The notes: generated by a model not told the origin, from the letters alone. A stretch of DNA of 64,000 nucleotides from an uncultured delta proteobacterium (GCA_963804165.1 CAWDPO010000045.1:96001-160000); one strand, 5' to 3'; positions 30,025 to 42,407 are shown, counted from the stretch's first letter. Translations and numbers: made by a program.

Positions 30025-32309
30025 TAAGATCCTGCCTCCACGGTCAGGAGTGTACTTTCAGCCAGACGCAGTTCCAGCACGGCCTGAAGAAAGGCCAGGG
30101 AAGACTCCGCGCCCTGATTTTCATTCGGGCGGTCGGGATGCAAGCCATCTCGACAACCTCCCGTCGTCGGATCGTAGATAGGAAGGTTAAGATCGTTGCG
30201 GCCGAGGAACCAGTCGAAAGCCATCCGCGCTTCCTTGTACCAGTTCTTGTCGCCCGTAATCCGATGCGCTTCGAGGCAGGCGGAAACCATCGCTTGGGCC
30301 TCCACCGGTTGCTGATCGAAGCGAGCTCGTTTACCGCCGCGCTGATAAAAACCGTTGGAGCCGATCGGCACAAAATGACCGCCGTTTGTCTTGTCTCGCT
30401 GAAGATCAGCGAGCCACGCGAGGGACTCGAGCGCGGCGTCATTCATGGTCCTGTTCGGTATCGATTGGCCGCACATCAGAAAAGCGTGGGGCAGCGCTGC
30501 GTTGCAGTAACTCAGACTTTCTTCAAACCAGCGCCATTCATCCGAGCGATTCGCTTGATACAACGTGAGCAGCCGCCCAGCCAGTTCCTCGCGCACCTGA
30601 CTTGCCCGGCGGTCGCCGTCGTAACGGCGCAGATATTCGTGAATGCCGATCAGTGCGAAGGCCCAGGCCCGAGGACTGGTGGTCGTGAGAATTGCGGGCA
30701 GTGCCTGCTCAAACAGCCGTCCCGCCATGCTCTGGAGCCCGGGTGTGTTAGAGCGTCCCAACAGTGTGCCCAACGCCCACAGGGTGCGGCCGTGGCTGTC
30801 GTCTGAACCGCTCGCCTCCAACCAATTGCGCTGGTAATCCATAAAATTGCGGAAGCGTTTGGTCTCGCCGTTGAAGGCGTAGCAGATGAAAGCGAGATAG
30901 CGCGAGACGGTCTCGGACGCTTCGGAGTGGCCCAATTCATCCGCTAAGACACTTACCATCAGGGCCCTGGCGTTATCGTCGACGGTGTAACCTTCGCGAT
31001 AGTTGGGCAAAGTAAAAAGCGCGTGCTGCAACATGCCGGTATCGTCGGTCATGCGCCGCAAGTGATCCAGTTTGAGCGGCGGCAGTTCCGCCGGCCGCTT
31101 GTCGAGCGGCTTCACCGCGAAAACACTTGGCGTGAAATTGCGTTTCTCGGCTCTGGCCCGAGCAAAACTCTCCATGTAACGGCGGGCGACGTGCGGCCAG
31201 ATCATCTCCCGTCCGAACATATAAGCGCGCTTGCGCATGGCGTGGCGCTTGGCCTCGTTGTCCAATAGGTCAATGACTTGCGCGGCCAAAGCCGGAGGAT
31301 CGCGGAACGGCACCAGCGCGCCGCGTTCGTCAGCGAGCATTTCTTCAGCGTACCAATAGGGCGTCGAAATCACCGCTTTGCCCGCCCCCAGAGTATATGC
31401 CAGCGTGCCCGACACAATCTGCGCTTGGTTCTGATAGGGGGTAATATAGATATCGGCCGCGCCGATGAATTCGACGAGTTCCTCCAATGTGACAAACTGG
31501 TTGTAAAAAATGACTTGGCCTTCGACGCCTTTTGCTTGCGCGAGCCGTTGCAAAGAGAGCCGATAGGTTTCACCGTCGTGCTGCTTGACGTGCGGATGGG
31601 TTGCGCCGACGATGAAGTACACCACGTTCGGATGCTTGGCGAGAATCGCCGGCAGAGCCGCGATGACATTTTCGATGCCTTTGTTCGCTGACAATAAACC
31701 GAAACTAAGTAAAACGATTTTGCCTTCGACGCCGAACAGATCCTTGTGAAACCCCGGGTCAACGAAAGGCAGATCGGGAATACCGTGCGGTATCATGTCA
31801 ATCTTCGCGGTCGGCACGCGATAGATCTCGTGCAAGAATTTTGCGCCGCGTTCGCTCATGACGACCAAGCGATCCGACAGCGCAGCCACTTCTTCCAAAA
31901 CCCGGCGCTCATGGGCATCGGGCTCACGTAAAATAGTATGCAGGGTCGTGACGATGGGCATGCGCAATTCGCGCAGCAACGCCAAAATATGGCTGCCGGC
32001 CCGGCCGCCGAATATGCCGTATTCGAACTGCAGGGACACGACATCCACGCTATTGATATTCAAGAAATCAGCGGCGCGATGATAAGAGTCGATGTCCTTC
32101 TCGGCCAGTTCAAAGCGCACTCTTGCCGGGTACGCATAGCCGGATTCGTTGTCGTTTACGGGCAGAGCGATACAAGTTGTGCCGGGGTGCTCGGCGGCGA
32201 GTGCTTCACACAAATCCGTAGTGAACGTGGCAATACCGCATTGGCGCGGCAAATAATTACCGATGAAAGCAATGCGATCACTGTCTAAGTGTTTCGTATA
32301 ACGGTCCAT
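30024..32309 (-). CDS. GT4 glycosyltransferase fused to a six-hairpin glycosidase-like domain
   Basis: PRQCGIATFT, SGTLAY; C-terminal DDTGMLQHA, DDNARAL, FDQQP, NQGAES. Confidence 0.9.
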   Translation of the reverse strand: MDRYTKHLDSDRIAFIGNYLPRQCGIATFTTDLCEALAAEHPGTTCIALPVNDNESGYAYPARVRFELAEKDIDSYHRAADFLNINSVDVVSLQFEYGIFGGRAGSHILALLRELRMPIVTTLHTILREPDAHERRVLEEVAALSDRLVVMSERGAKFLHEIYRVPTAKIDMIPHGIPDLPFVDPGFHKDLFGVEGKIVLLSFGLLSANKGIENVIAALPAILAKHPNVVYFIVGATHPHVKQHDGETYRLSLQRLAQAKGVEGQVIFYNQFVTLEELVEFIGAADIYITPYQNQAQIVSGTLAYTLGAGKAVISTPYWYAEEMLADERGALVPFRDPPALAAQVIDLLDNEAKRHAMRKRAYMFGREMIWPHVARRYMESFARARAEKRNFTPSVFAVKPLDKRPAELPPLKLDHLRRMTDDTGMLQHALFTLPNYREGYTVDDNARALMVSVLADELGHSEASETVSRYLAFICYAFNGETKRFRNFMDYQRNWLEASGSDDSHGRTLWALGTLLGRSNTPGLQSMAGRLFEQALPAILTTTSPRAWAFALIGIHEYLRRYDGDRRASQVREELAGRLLTLYQANRSDEWRWFEESLSYCNAALPHAFLMCGQSIPNRTMNDAALESLAWLADLQRDKTNGGHFVPIGSNGFYQRGGKRARFDQQPVEAQAMVSACLEAHRITGDKNWYKEARMAFDWFLGRNDLNLPIYDPTTGGCRDGLHPDRPNENQGAESSLAFLQAVLELRLAESTLLTVEAGS

Positions 32310-32329
32310 AAGCTTACCTCCTTACATTG

Positions 32330-32455
32330 CCTCGCGTTGTTCGTTATTTTCCGGGTGCAGAAACGCCAAGAGGCGGTACCCATGGGGACCGCCTCTTTAA
32401 GAACCCGGTCAAGATTGGACCGAGCATGACTTTGGGATGCCAACGGTTACATCGA
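32330..32455 (-). ncRNA. Candidate structured cis-regulatory leader
   Basis: -10 TATAGT at 32461-32466, hairpin GCUCGGUC-CAAUCUU-GACCGGGU, then a 10-bp stem AAGAGGCGGT/ACCGCCTCTT before the RBS. Confidence 0.4.
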
Positions 32456-32725
32456 CAGTGACTATAGCAGAATTTATGCGTAAAGATATGCCGCATTTAA
32501 TTATTGCTTAAATCGTCATCCTTCATCGGCGCTACTCCACCGTCAACGACATTTTTGACCTCGCCGAGTCACGCGGAAAATGGTCGTATGCGACGGTCAT
32601 GACAGACAGATTTACTCTGCCTGATCGTGTTCGTGGCTCTCGTCCCGTAAGGGGGTCACGTCTGCCCCGGTCGCGACGCTCGATTCCCTTGAAACTCCCG
32701 GCTTTGTGGTTATTTTAAAGATACA

Positions 32726-33853
32726 ATGGCCAATAACGACTACTACAAGACCCTCGGCGTTGCGCGCGGCGCCTCACAGGAAGATATCCGCAAGGCTTAC
32801 CGTAAACTCGCGCGCAAGTATCACCCGGATATCAATCCTGGCAATAAGGATGCTGAGAACAAGTTCAAGGAACTCTCGGTGGCCTACGATGTGCTGAGCG
32901 ATGAAAAAAAGAAAAAGCTCTACGACGAATTCGGCGAGGCCGGCCTCGCTGCCGGATTTGACGCTGAAAGGGCGCGCAGCTATCAGCGCTGGCAGGAACA
33001 ATCGGCGCAGGCAGGTGGCGGTGGCGGCTTCGAATTCAACATGGACGACCTGGGCGATATGTTCGGTGGCTTGGGGGGCATGTTTCAGCGCGGACCCAAG
33101 ACGCAACGCGGACCGATGCGCGGCCAGGACATCGAGTCGAGCATGGACATCGACTTCCTTGACGCGGTGCGCGGTTTTCAAACCTCGATAGCGCTGCAGC
33201 GGTCCGTCTCCTGCGACGTCTGCCACGGCAGTGGAGCGAAACCCGGAAGCGCTCCGACCACTTGTCGAGAATGTAATGGCACGGGCACGAAATCAGTGGC
33301 GCAAGGACCGATACAGTTTCGCCAAACCTGCCCGCGATGTAACGGCAAGGGGCAATTGCCCGGCGATCCCTGCGCGGCGTGCAGGGGCAGCGGCCGGGTG
33401 GTGCGGCCGGATACCATACGCGTCAATATTCCGCCTGGGGCCGAGCCGGGAAAACGCATTCGCCTGCGCGGCAAAGGTGAGGCAGGAGTTCGCGGCGGGC
33501 CGGCAGGAGATCTTTTTATTACACCGCGCATTCAACCGCACCCGATCCTGTCGCGCTCCGGCAGGGACTTATCCATGGACCTGCCCATCACAGTAGGCGA
33601 GGCGGTCCGCGGTGCTACCGTGGAAGTGCCAACGCCGGGCGGGACAATAAACGTGAAAGTTCCGGCCGGCGCGCAGAGCGGCCAGCAGCTGCGCATCAGA
33701 GGCAAAGGTGTCGCTGCCCACGGGCAAATCCCGGCGGGTGATTTATATTTGCGGCTCATGGTGCGCGTGCCGACGGAAAAGCTCAGCCATGACGTCGTCG
33801 AAAAGATCGACCAAGCTTACGCCGAGGATATCCGCAAAGACGTCCGGCTATAG
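32726..33853 (+). CDS. dnaJ: DnaJ chaperone with zinc finger
   Basis: HPD motif, four CxxCxGxG repeats. Confidence 0.9.
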   Translation: MANNDYYKTLGVARGASQEDIRKAYRKLARKYHPDINPGNKDAENKFKELSVAYDVLSDEKKKKLYDEFGEAGLAAGFDAERARSYQRWQEQSAQAGGGGGFEFNMDDLGDMFGGLGGMFQRGPKTQRGPMRGQDIESSMDIDFLDAVRGFQTSIALQRSVSCDVCHGSGAKPGSAPTTCRECNGTGTKSVAQGPIQFRQTCPRCNGKGQLPGDPCAACRGSGRVVRPDTIRVNIPPGAEPGKRIRLRGKGEAGVRGGPAGDLFITPRIQPHPILSRSGRDLSMDLPITVGEAVRGATVEVPTPGGTINVKVPAGAQSGQQLRIRGKGVAAHGQIPAGDLYLRLMVRVPTEKLSHDVVEKIDQAYAEDIRKDVRL

Positions 33854-33866
33854 TGCGAGTAGAACC

Positions 33867-34160
33867 ATGCCGCGAAAATATCTGCACCTGACCGAGGTCA
33901 CGAAAATCTGTAACGTTAAGCCGGAGTTCGTCATGCGCCTGGAACGAGAGAAAGTGATCGCACCGATTCTACGGCGCAGCGAGAAACTCTATCCCTTGGA
34001 TCAAGTCGACCGCGTGCGCGTCGCCCACCTGCTCATCGATGAAATGGGAGTAAATCTGGAGGGCGCCGAAGTCGCGCTCCACATGCGCGAACAGATGATC
34101 GCCATGCAACGGCAATTCCACGAAGTCCTCCATCTGCTCCGCCGGCAAATGAAGCGATAG
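33867..34160 (+). CDS. CbpM/HspR-like MerR-type modulator
   Basis: EMGVNLEGAEVALHMR; directly after dnaJ. Confidence 0.8.
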   Translation: MPRKYLHLTEVTKICNVKPEFVMRLEREKVIAPILRRSEKLYPLDQVDRVRVAHLLIDEMGVNLEGAEVALHMREQMIAMQRQFHEVLHLLRRQMKR

Positions 34161-34465
34161 GTAATCGTACCGCCGGTCAGGAGCCCCAGATGAGTTTGGT
34201 CGGTGCCGAGATAAGCGCTACACGCGATTTTTTTTTGACACCGCGGCGACGAAATAGCTGCCGTCCCTTACCCGGGATGCCACCGAAGCACGCCCACCAC
34301 TCGCAGAGCGGCGGTGGTGTTTACCAAGCCGGACGCGTCAAGGTTGTGTTTTTTTTGCCGGTCGGGTTGACATACCCGCGCTTGGTTGCTTACTCTCGAC
34401 CCGAAATACCGACGATCAGCGCAAATTGCTCGCCGAGCTAGACTGCGAGCGATGAAGGTCTCTTT

Positions 34466-35762
34466 GTGAAAAGAGTATTGGCCATTATTCTGGGCGGAGG
34501 GGCCGGAAAGCGGCTCTACCCTCTTACCAAACTTCGCGCCAAGCCGGCCGTTCCCCTCGGTGCCAAATACCGCTTGATCGATATTCCCATCAGCAATTGC
34601 ATCAACTCCGAGATCCAAAGAATCTACGTTTTGACGCAATTCAACTCAGCGTCGCTCAATCGGCATATCGCGCGCACTTACCATTTGGCAGGCGCGGGCT
34701 TCACCCAAGGATTCGTCGAAGTGCTGGCGGCACAGCAAACACCGGACAGCCCGAGTTGGTTCGAAGGAACGGCCGATGCCGTGCGCAAATATCTCTGGCT
34801 GTTCGCCGAATGGGACGTTGATCAATACTTGATTCTATCCGGCGATCATTTGTATCGGATGAATTATGCGGATTTTATTCAGCGCCATCGCGAAACTAAG
34901 GCGGATATCACATTGTCCGTAGTCCCGATCGGCCGAGAGTCGGGCGACCGACTTCGGTTTGGTGAAAATCGACCGCAGCGGGCGCGTGCTCTCTTTCAGC
35001 GAAAAGCCCAAAGGCGACGCCATCGAAACGATGCGGGTGGATACGACCGTTCTCGGCCTCGGCGCGGACAAAGCCATGAACTTTCCTTACATCGCTTCCA
35101 TGGGCATCTATGTATTTGAAAAGCAGATCTTGCACGACCTGTTAAATCACGACGTGGACCAGACGGACTTCGGTAGAGAAATTCTGCCAGCGTCGTTAAG
35201 CAGTCACAACGTGCAGGCCTATCTATTCAAAGACTACTGGGAAGATATCGGAACGATCGAAGCCTTCTACAACGCTAACCTCGCGCTCACCGAGCAGCCC
35301 GATCCTTCGTTCAGCTTTTACGATGAGAAGGCGCCTATCTATACGCGATCGCGTTATCTTCCACCCACCAAGTTGCTCGATTCCAAAGTTATCGAATCGA
35401 TGGTCGGCGAGGGCTGTATCCTCAAGGAATGCACTGTCAAGCGGTCGGTCATCGGCATTCGCTCGCGCATCGAGACGGGTTGCCTGATCGATAATGCATT
35501 ATTGATGGGTTCAGACTATTACGAGTCCCCGGCGGAACGCATGAAAGCCTTGGCGAGTGGAAAGGTCCCTTTAGGCGTCGGCGCAAACACAACCATCCAA
35601 AAAGCGATCGTCGACAAAAACGCCCGTATCGGCCGCAACGTGCGAATCGTCAACAAAGATCACGTGCAAGAGGCGAGCCGGGAAAATCTCGGCTTCGTCA
35701 TTCAAAACGGCATCGTTGTCATCATAAAAAACGCCACCATTCCTGATGGCACGGTGATTTAG
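34466..35762 (+). CDS. glgC: Glucose-1-phosphate adenylyltransferase (frameshift near 34940)
   Basis: [39 protein letters not shown]. Confidence 0.9.
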
Positions 35763-35840
35763 CAGGCTCGAGCAGAGGCAATCGGGGTTACCGTACGCGG
35801 GAGATGTTTAACCCTGTCAATATGTCAAGACGAAGGTGAA

Positions 35841-36999
35841 TCACGCTTCAGGCTTTTTCTTTCTCATTCCTCCTTCCACCATCTTGTACTCGAACAGGCG
35901 ACATTCTAGGGCGCCGTTAAAAAGCGGCGTACGTTTCGAGGCGGCGAGGTGGATCAGCTTGGGCAGACGCATGTCGGCGCTGAGTAGATAGACGTGCCAG
36001 CCGCTGAATTTTTTTTTCAATACGTCGCCTAGCTTGGGATAAAACTCCGCCATCGCTTGCTGCTCGCCGAGGCGGACGCCGTATGGCGGATTGGTGACGA
36101 TAATGCCTTCCTTTGCCGGCGCCGACATTTCCAGAACATTGGCACGATTGAGGCCCACGACTCGCTCCAAACCGGCTGCCACAAGATTAGCGCGGGCGGC
36201 TTTCAGCACATCGACGGAGAGATCGCTGCCGTAAATCGCCTGCGGCGTCCTGGTTCTTTGCCTGCGTCGCGCTTCGTTGTGATAGTTCGCGCCAGCGGCG
36301 CGGGTCGAAGTTTTTGAATTTCTCGAACGCGAAATGCCGCCTCGAACCTGGCGCGATATCGAGCGCCATGTGGGCTGCTTCGACCAGGATCGTGGCGCTG
36401 CCGCACATGGGATCGAGGAGAGGAATGCCGGGACTCCATCCGGCGAGACGCAGAATTCCCGCGGCGAGATTTTCCCTGAGCGGCGCTTCGCCGGTGGCAA
36501 CGCGCTGGCCGCGCTTAAACAACGGTTCGCCCGTGGTGTCGAGATAAAGCGTAAACTCGCGATCGGTCAGATGGCCTTGGATCGGAACATCCGGCTCGTG
36601 AGTGTCCACGCTGGGGCGGTGACCCGAGAGGCGACGAATTTTGTCGCACACCGCATCTTTGATTTTAAGGGTGACGAAATTGAGACTGGTGAGCGGGCAC
36701 TTGGTCGCCGAGATATCGACCCGAATCGTCCGCGACTGGATCAAACCAATCAGTCCACCGCGGCGCGAATGCGGCACGGTAAATATCGTCCTCGCTGTGG
36801 TACACGCCGTTCGCCACCTGCCATAGAACCCGGCTGGCGATGCGGCTTTCGAGATTGGCCCGGTAGCAGAGAAAAAAATCGCCGACGAACTGAACGCCGC
36901 CGCCCACCGCATGCAATATTTTCCGCGTTGAGTTGACGTAATTCATCTGCCAAGAAGCAACTCGAGGCCGCGCGGACACGTGGCAAAAAATCTTTCCAT
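35841..36999 (-). CDS. THUMP-domain RNA methyltransferase (RlmL-like), several frameshifts
   Basis: FFATCPRG, EAPLRENLAAG, LDPMCGS, TNPPYG, LFNGALECRL. Confidence 0.8.
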
Positions 37000-37034
37000 G
37001 AGAGATGCGCCCGGTGATATCGCTGCGAAATCAC

Positions 37035-37068
37035 AAAAAAAAGGGCAACCGAATCGGTTGCCCTTTTT
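37035..37068. terminator. Intrinsic terminator of the RRM gene
   Basis: A8-GGGCAACCG AAT CGGTTGCCC-T5. Confidence 0.85.
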
Positions 37069-37092
37069 GCAGTTAATTCGTTAACGAAATAA

Positions 37093-37434
37093 CTACCAGC
37101 GGTTGCGTCCGCCGCCGCCGTCGCGATTGCCCCGGCCACCACCACCGCCGCGATTTCCACCGCCACCGCCGAAGTTATCGCGCTTCGCCATTGGCTTGGC
37201 TTCGTTGACCGTCAACGTGCGCCCGTCGAGCTGCGTGCCGTTCAGGCTATCGATGGCCTTTTGGGCCTCGCTGCTCGAGCTCATCTCGACGAAGCCGAAG
37301 CCCCGCGATTGACCGGTGAATTTATCGGAAATCACGTTGGCGGATTCTACGGTCCCGTGCTCCGCGAAAATTTCCTGCAGCCGGTCGCCGGTCACCGAAT
37401 ATGGCAAACCGCCGACATATAATTTACTACCCAT
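37093..37434 (-). CDS. RRM RNA-binding protein with Gly-rich tail
   Basis: RNP2 LYVGGL, RNP1 RGFGFVEM. Confidence 0.95.
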   Translation of the reverse strand: MGSKLYVGGLPYSVTGDRLQEIFAEHGTVESANVISDKFTGQSRGFGFVEMSSSSEAQKAIDSLNGTQLDGRTLTVNEAKPMAKRDNFGGGGGNRGGGGGRGNRDGGGGRNRW

Positions 37435-37808
37435 GTTCTCCTCCTATAAGAGAATGTTAGTGTCTTTGACCCTGAGAAATTAACTGCTAATGGCGAGCCG
37501 AACATGGGGCTCTAAAATGCTCAACCACACTCTGATCGGATTTTCCTTTTAGGTATCTGTTCGCAAGGAGAGAGACTGACAAGGGCCTTCAACCTTTCTA
37601 TGTCCTCTATCAGAAGGCCGTATACTGAAGAAGATAGGATAGATAGTAACGCACTCGACAGCACGAATTGTCAACCCATCGCACTAGGACCACACTGAAA
37701 TGTTCAACCCCTGGCTCGAACACGCCGACAATAATACCGCTTGAACCCGTTCACATATAGGTAATGCGTCCCGCGGTCGACGAGTTAGCCTTATTATAAG
37801 GAGGTTCC

Positions 37809-38783
37809 ATGCGAATACGTTAGCGCCTGCCATTTTACTCTCTCTGATCCTAGTGATCGAGAATTGCGCGCCGTCCATGGATTGGCCAGGAAGGGTTCGC
37901 ATCGGCGTGCCGCTTTTTCCGACCGTTTCCTATCCAGTTTTCATCGCCCAGGAACATGGCTTTTTCGAAAAGAACGGTTTGAAAGCCGAAATTATCCGGA
38001 TCAACAGCGAGCCAACCACCTATCAGGCGCTTATCTCCGGCGACATCGATGCCACCTCCGGCGCGCCGACCGGGCTGGTGCAGTCAAACATCCAGGGCGT
38101 ACCGGTCGTTTCGCTCGGCAGCTGGGACAATTTGGTCTCGTACACGATGGTCACTCGTGAAAAAGTCGACGACCTATCGCAACTGAGAGGTAAGAAAGTC
38201 GGCATCAACCGCCTCGGCGGCAAATCGTCGCTGATTCTTCGCGTCATGCTCGAAGACGCCGGTCTCAATACTTCGAAGGATGTAACCTTGCTGCAGCTCG
38301 GCGGATCGCAGGAACGGCTGGCCGCGCTGATCCGCGGCGGCATCGACGCCGCGCCGGTGGATTTTGTCTTTGAGCCGAAAATGAAACAAATGGGTTTCCA
38401 TCTGGTTCCCGGTAAAAAAACTCTTTTCATGAACGGCCCCATCACCGTGACGGTTGCGTCATTAAAAGCGAACCGCGGCAAATGGGTGCGGTTCGTCAAA
38501 GCCTATCTGGAAGCGACGCATTCATGACAACCAACCGCGAAGGCTCGATGGACGTTTCAAAAAAATCATCCAAACCGATGAGAAAGAGACCCTGGAATAC
38601 GGTTACGAGCAAATGCGCGCCCGCGCGACCGTCGACTTGGTGCCGCCGGAGGCTGCCGTCGAAAACCTTGTGAAAATGATGACCTATGTCGATAAGCGGG
38701 CTGCAACGGTGGATCGCAGCAAGCTCGCCGACTACTCAATCTTGAGAGAATTGCAACAGACCAAGGCCGGGACGAAAAAGTAG
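37809..38783 (+). CDS. NMT1/THI5-like ABC substrate-binding protein (frameshifts near 37870 and 38520-38560)
   Basis: GFFEKNGL, LRGKKVGI, ERLAALIRGGIDA; GGAGG RBS. Confidence 0.75.
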
Positions 38784-38786
38784 ATG

Positions 38787-38850
38787 AAGTATGGAGTACT
38801 GGGTTTCAGAGCAACATTACTCCAACACTCCAATACTCCATCACTCCAAT
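38787..38850. repeat. Octamer (ACTCCAAT-like) tandem/inverted intergenic repeat
   Basis: TGGAGTA...ACTCCAAC ACTCCAAT ACTCCATC ACTCCAAT. Confidence 0.7.
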
Positions 38851-38859
38851 TTCTTAACC

Positions 38860-40376
38860 ATGAGCGAAATTTCCTTCATCGACACCACCCTGCGCGACGG
38901 CCAGCAGAGCCTGTGGGCGCTCGGAATGAGGACCGACGCGATGCTCGGCGCGGCGGCACGAGATGGATCGCATCGGTTTCGAGTCGATGGAGTTTTTCGT
39001 CTCGATCATGATCAAAAAATACGTCCGCGAGCTCAAGGAAAATCCCTGGGATTGGGTGCGCGAGGGGACCAAACGTTTTCGCCACACGCGATTGCGCAAT
39101 CACGGCGGACTGCACGGTTCCGGCGCGTTTGAAAAGTTGCCGCACGCAGCACTGAAGCTCCTCGCCGAGCGCGTCGTCTCCTACGGAGTCACGCTGACCC
39201 GGACTTCGAATTGCTGGAACGACTTTGAAGAGATGAGAGACGAAGTGCGTCGAGCTTCGCGCGATCGGCATGGAAACAGTCGTCAATCTGATCTATTCCG
39301 TGTCGCCGCGCCACACCGACGACTACTACGAGCAAAAAACCCGCGATGCGGCTGCCATCGGACCGTACCGAATTTGTTTCAAAGACGTGGGCGGCTTGTT
39401 GACGCCGGAGCGCGCGCGAACGTTGATGCCGGCGATCCTGCAGAATGCCGGCGCCGTTCCCGTTGAATATCATGCCCATTGCAACAATGGTCTGGCGACT
39501 CTCTGTTATATCGAGGCGGTGAAGCTAGGCATCACGTCGCTGCACACGGCGGTGCCGCCGCTCGCCAATGGCTCGTCGCAGCCCTCTATTTTGAATATTG
39601 CGAGAAATCTTCGCGCGCTCGGCTACGCGGTGTATGGTTAACGATGAGGCGGTGAAACCGGTTGAAGAGCATTTTACCGCCGTCGCCAAATCTCAAGGAC
39701 TCGGCTGTCGGCAAACCGTTCGCGTACGACGAATCGCAATATCTGCATCAAGTTCCCGGCGGCGTGATCTCCAATCTGCGTCATCAGCTCGCCTGGTCGG
39801 CAAGGAAGACAAGATTGCCGAAACACTGGAAGAAGCGGCGCGCGTGCGCGCGGACTTCGGTTATCCGATCATGGTCACGCCGCTGTCACAATTTGTCGTG
39901 AGCCAAGCGGCGATCAACGTCATCGTCGGCGCCCGCTACAAAGAAGTCACCGATCAAGTCATTCAATACGCGCTGGGAATATGGGGCAAGGAAGCCACTG
40001 AAATCATGGACGCAAACGTCAAGGACAAGATCTTGAGCCGCGCTCGCGCCAAAGATTGGCAAGCCTGGCAACCGTCGGATTTGAGCTTGCACCAGGTGCG
40101 GCAAAAATTCGGCGCGACTATTTCAGACGAAGAACTCCTGCTGCGCGTCTACGCCGGCCCCGACGCCGTCGACGCGCTGACGGCCGCTGGCGCGCCGAAG
40201 CCGCAGCTCGAACGGCAAACAGCTCGCTGTTGCAGCTGATCGAACAACTCAGCAAGAAGAAAGATTGCGATCACATCTACATCCGCAGAGACGGCGTCTC
40301 GCTGACGTTGGGGAAGATCAGCGAACTCCGCAAACCTGGTGTAACGAGATCAATCCGACGGTGCGGGCGCGTTTGA
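38860..40376 (+). CDS. Pyruvate carboxylase subunit B / carboxyltransferase-like protein (multiple frameshifts)
   Basis: DTTLRDGQQSLWA, CFKDVGGLLTP, HAHCNNG, HQVPGG, GYPIMVTPLSQ. Confidence 0.8.
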
Positions 40377-40416
40377 AACCCGCCCCTACTTTGCGACCTT
40401 TGCGTTCTTTGCGGTC
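40361..40416. repeat. GTAG-type REP-like palindrome plus CTTTGCG nonamer repeats
   Basis: Minus strand GTAGGGGCGGGTTTCAAACGCGCCC; CTTTGCGNN x3. Confidence 0.6.
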
Positions 40417-40440
40417 AATGAATTTTCCTAAGGAGCTATC

Positions 40441-41881
40441 ATGAACTATGACGGCTTGCGGGATTGGCTGGCGATAATCGACCAGCGCGGCGAACTCACG
40501 ACGCTCGAAAATATCGATTGGAATTTGGAAATGGGCGCCATCGTCGACGTGCTCTACCGCGAGCATCCGCCCTATCCGCCGGCGCTGATCTTCGACAGGA
40601 TCAAAGGTCACCAGCCAGGCTACCGCGCTCTGTTCGGTCATTTCGCCTCGCCCGCAGCGCATCGCGCTGACGCTCGGCGTCGAAGAAGAATTCGATCACG
40701 TGCTGGAATTCACCCGGATCTATCACGAGAAGATCAAGCAATGCGTGCCGGTGCGCGAGAACCGAAGTGAAAACCGGCGCCGCGCATGAAAACGCCGCAG
40801 GAAGGAGAGCACGTCAATCTTTTGGATTTCCCGGCGCCGCTGCTGCACGAAAAAGACGGTGGACGCTACCTCGGCACCGGCCACCTGGTCATTACCAAAG
40901 ATCCCGATTCCGATTGGGTCAACGTCGGCACCTACCGCATCATGTCGCAGGATCAGCAACACCGCCGGAATCTATATCGGTCCGGGCAAGCACGCCTACA
41001 TTCATAAACAAAAATATTTCGAGAAAAATCAACCGATGCCGGTCAACATCGTGCTCGGCAGCGATCCGCTGATTTGGTTTGCCGCGTCTTGTCCCGTGCC
41101 TGCGGGTATCAGCGAATTCGACTTCGCCGGCGGCCTCCGAGGGAAACCCATCGACGTGATTCGCAGTGACATCACCGGCTTGCCGTATCCGGCGGATGCT
41201 GAAATTGTTCTCGAGGGGGAAATCCGACCTGGTGAGTTGAAGGAAGAAGGTCCGTTCGGCGAGTGGCCTGGCTATTACGCCAGCCCGAAAAGCCTCGAGC
41301 CATTCATCCGCGTGAAGCGTATTCTTCATCGCAACGATCCGATTGTCTCCTGCGCCAACCCGGCGCGGCCGCCGCACACGTTGACGTTGCTGCGCTCGAT
41401 CACGCGCTCTGCCCATGTCTGGGAAGAGTTGGAGAAAGCCGGCGTGCCGGAGATCCGCGGCGTCTGGTCGCACGAGCCGGGGCCGCGGCAGTTCACGGTC
41501 GTCGCCATCAAGCAACGCTACCCCGGTCACGTCAAGCAAGCCGGTGTAATCGCCTCGCAGTGCTTCTCAGGCGGCTATCAGAATCGCTTCACCATCGTCG
41601 TCGACGACGACATCGATCCGACGCGCATCGACGACGTCGTCTGGGCGCTTTCGACGCGCTGCGACCCGGCAACCGGCATCGACATCCAGCGCCGTTGCTG
41701 GTCGAGCTCCCTCGACCCGATGATTCATCCAGAATCAAAGGTGCTGCTGAATTCACGCGCCGTGATCGAGGCGTGTCGACCGTACGAGTGGATGAGCAAA
41801 TTTCCGGAAGTCGCCGAGACGAGCCCGGATCTCAGAAAACAAGTGTTAGGCAAATACGGTCGCGAATTCTTCGGCACTTGA
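40441..41881 (+). CDS. UbiD family (prFMN) decarboxylase (frameshifts at 40.65-40.96 kb)
   Basis: DGGRYLGT, NVGTYR, EGPFGEWPGYY, VVDDDID, WALSTRCDP. Confidence 0.85.
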
Positions 41882-42078
41882 ATAGATTTTTCCGACCATC
41901 GATTCTGAAGATTTCCCGTTAACAAGCAAAATCTTCGATTTCGGCTGCCGCACGAATTTTACGGCTGCCGCGTAGGAATTTCTCTTCTTCCCCACAAGGG
42001 TAGATGCGGAAATCCCGTCATTTCAGCTACTTTCTGTTGGCTCGGGGATTGCTCATTTAACTGCCTGAAGGGGAAAAA

Positions 42079-42357
42079 ATGAAATTCTGCTTTTTTATAT
42101 TCGCCGTCGCCTTTATCTTCAGGGCAACCCCCGGTTCTGCTTTCGAATTGAAGAATTCGGAACCGGATCATCGCCGGTTACGCATTGAACTCGAAGCAGT
42201 TCCAATTCCGCCGCAGCAAGGTTTCGAGGAATATGTTCAGGAACAGGCCACTGCCGCGCAACGAGATGCGAAAGATGCGGGCTCGAAACCTAACGAGCAG
42301 CTCGCGAAAAATAAACAACCCAAGCCGCTCAATCCGATGACGCTCTTTCGCTGGTAA
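42079..42357 (+). CDS. Small secreted hypothetical protein
   Basis: Signal peptide; purine-rich RBS. Confidence 0.5.
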   Translation: MKFCFFIFAVAFIFRATPGSAFELKNSEPDHRRLRIELEAVPIPPQQGFEEYVQEQATAAQRDAKDAGSKPNEQLAKNKQPKPLNPMTLFRW

Positions 42358-42407
42358 GACAAATCGCGCGCGCACTGCGCTGGGATTTTGACCTAACCGA
42401 CGATCGC

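Noticed and set aside
34466-41881. Programmed frameshifting or mass pseudogenisation in glgC, the THUMP methyltransferase, the binding protein, the carboxyltransferase and UbiD (also nuoI and murJ)
   Set aside because: The short indels cluster in one interval, hit otherwise intact housekeeping genes and share no slippery motif. Long-read consensus error is the simplest explanation; read mapping would settle it.
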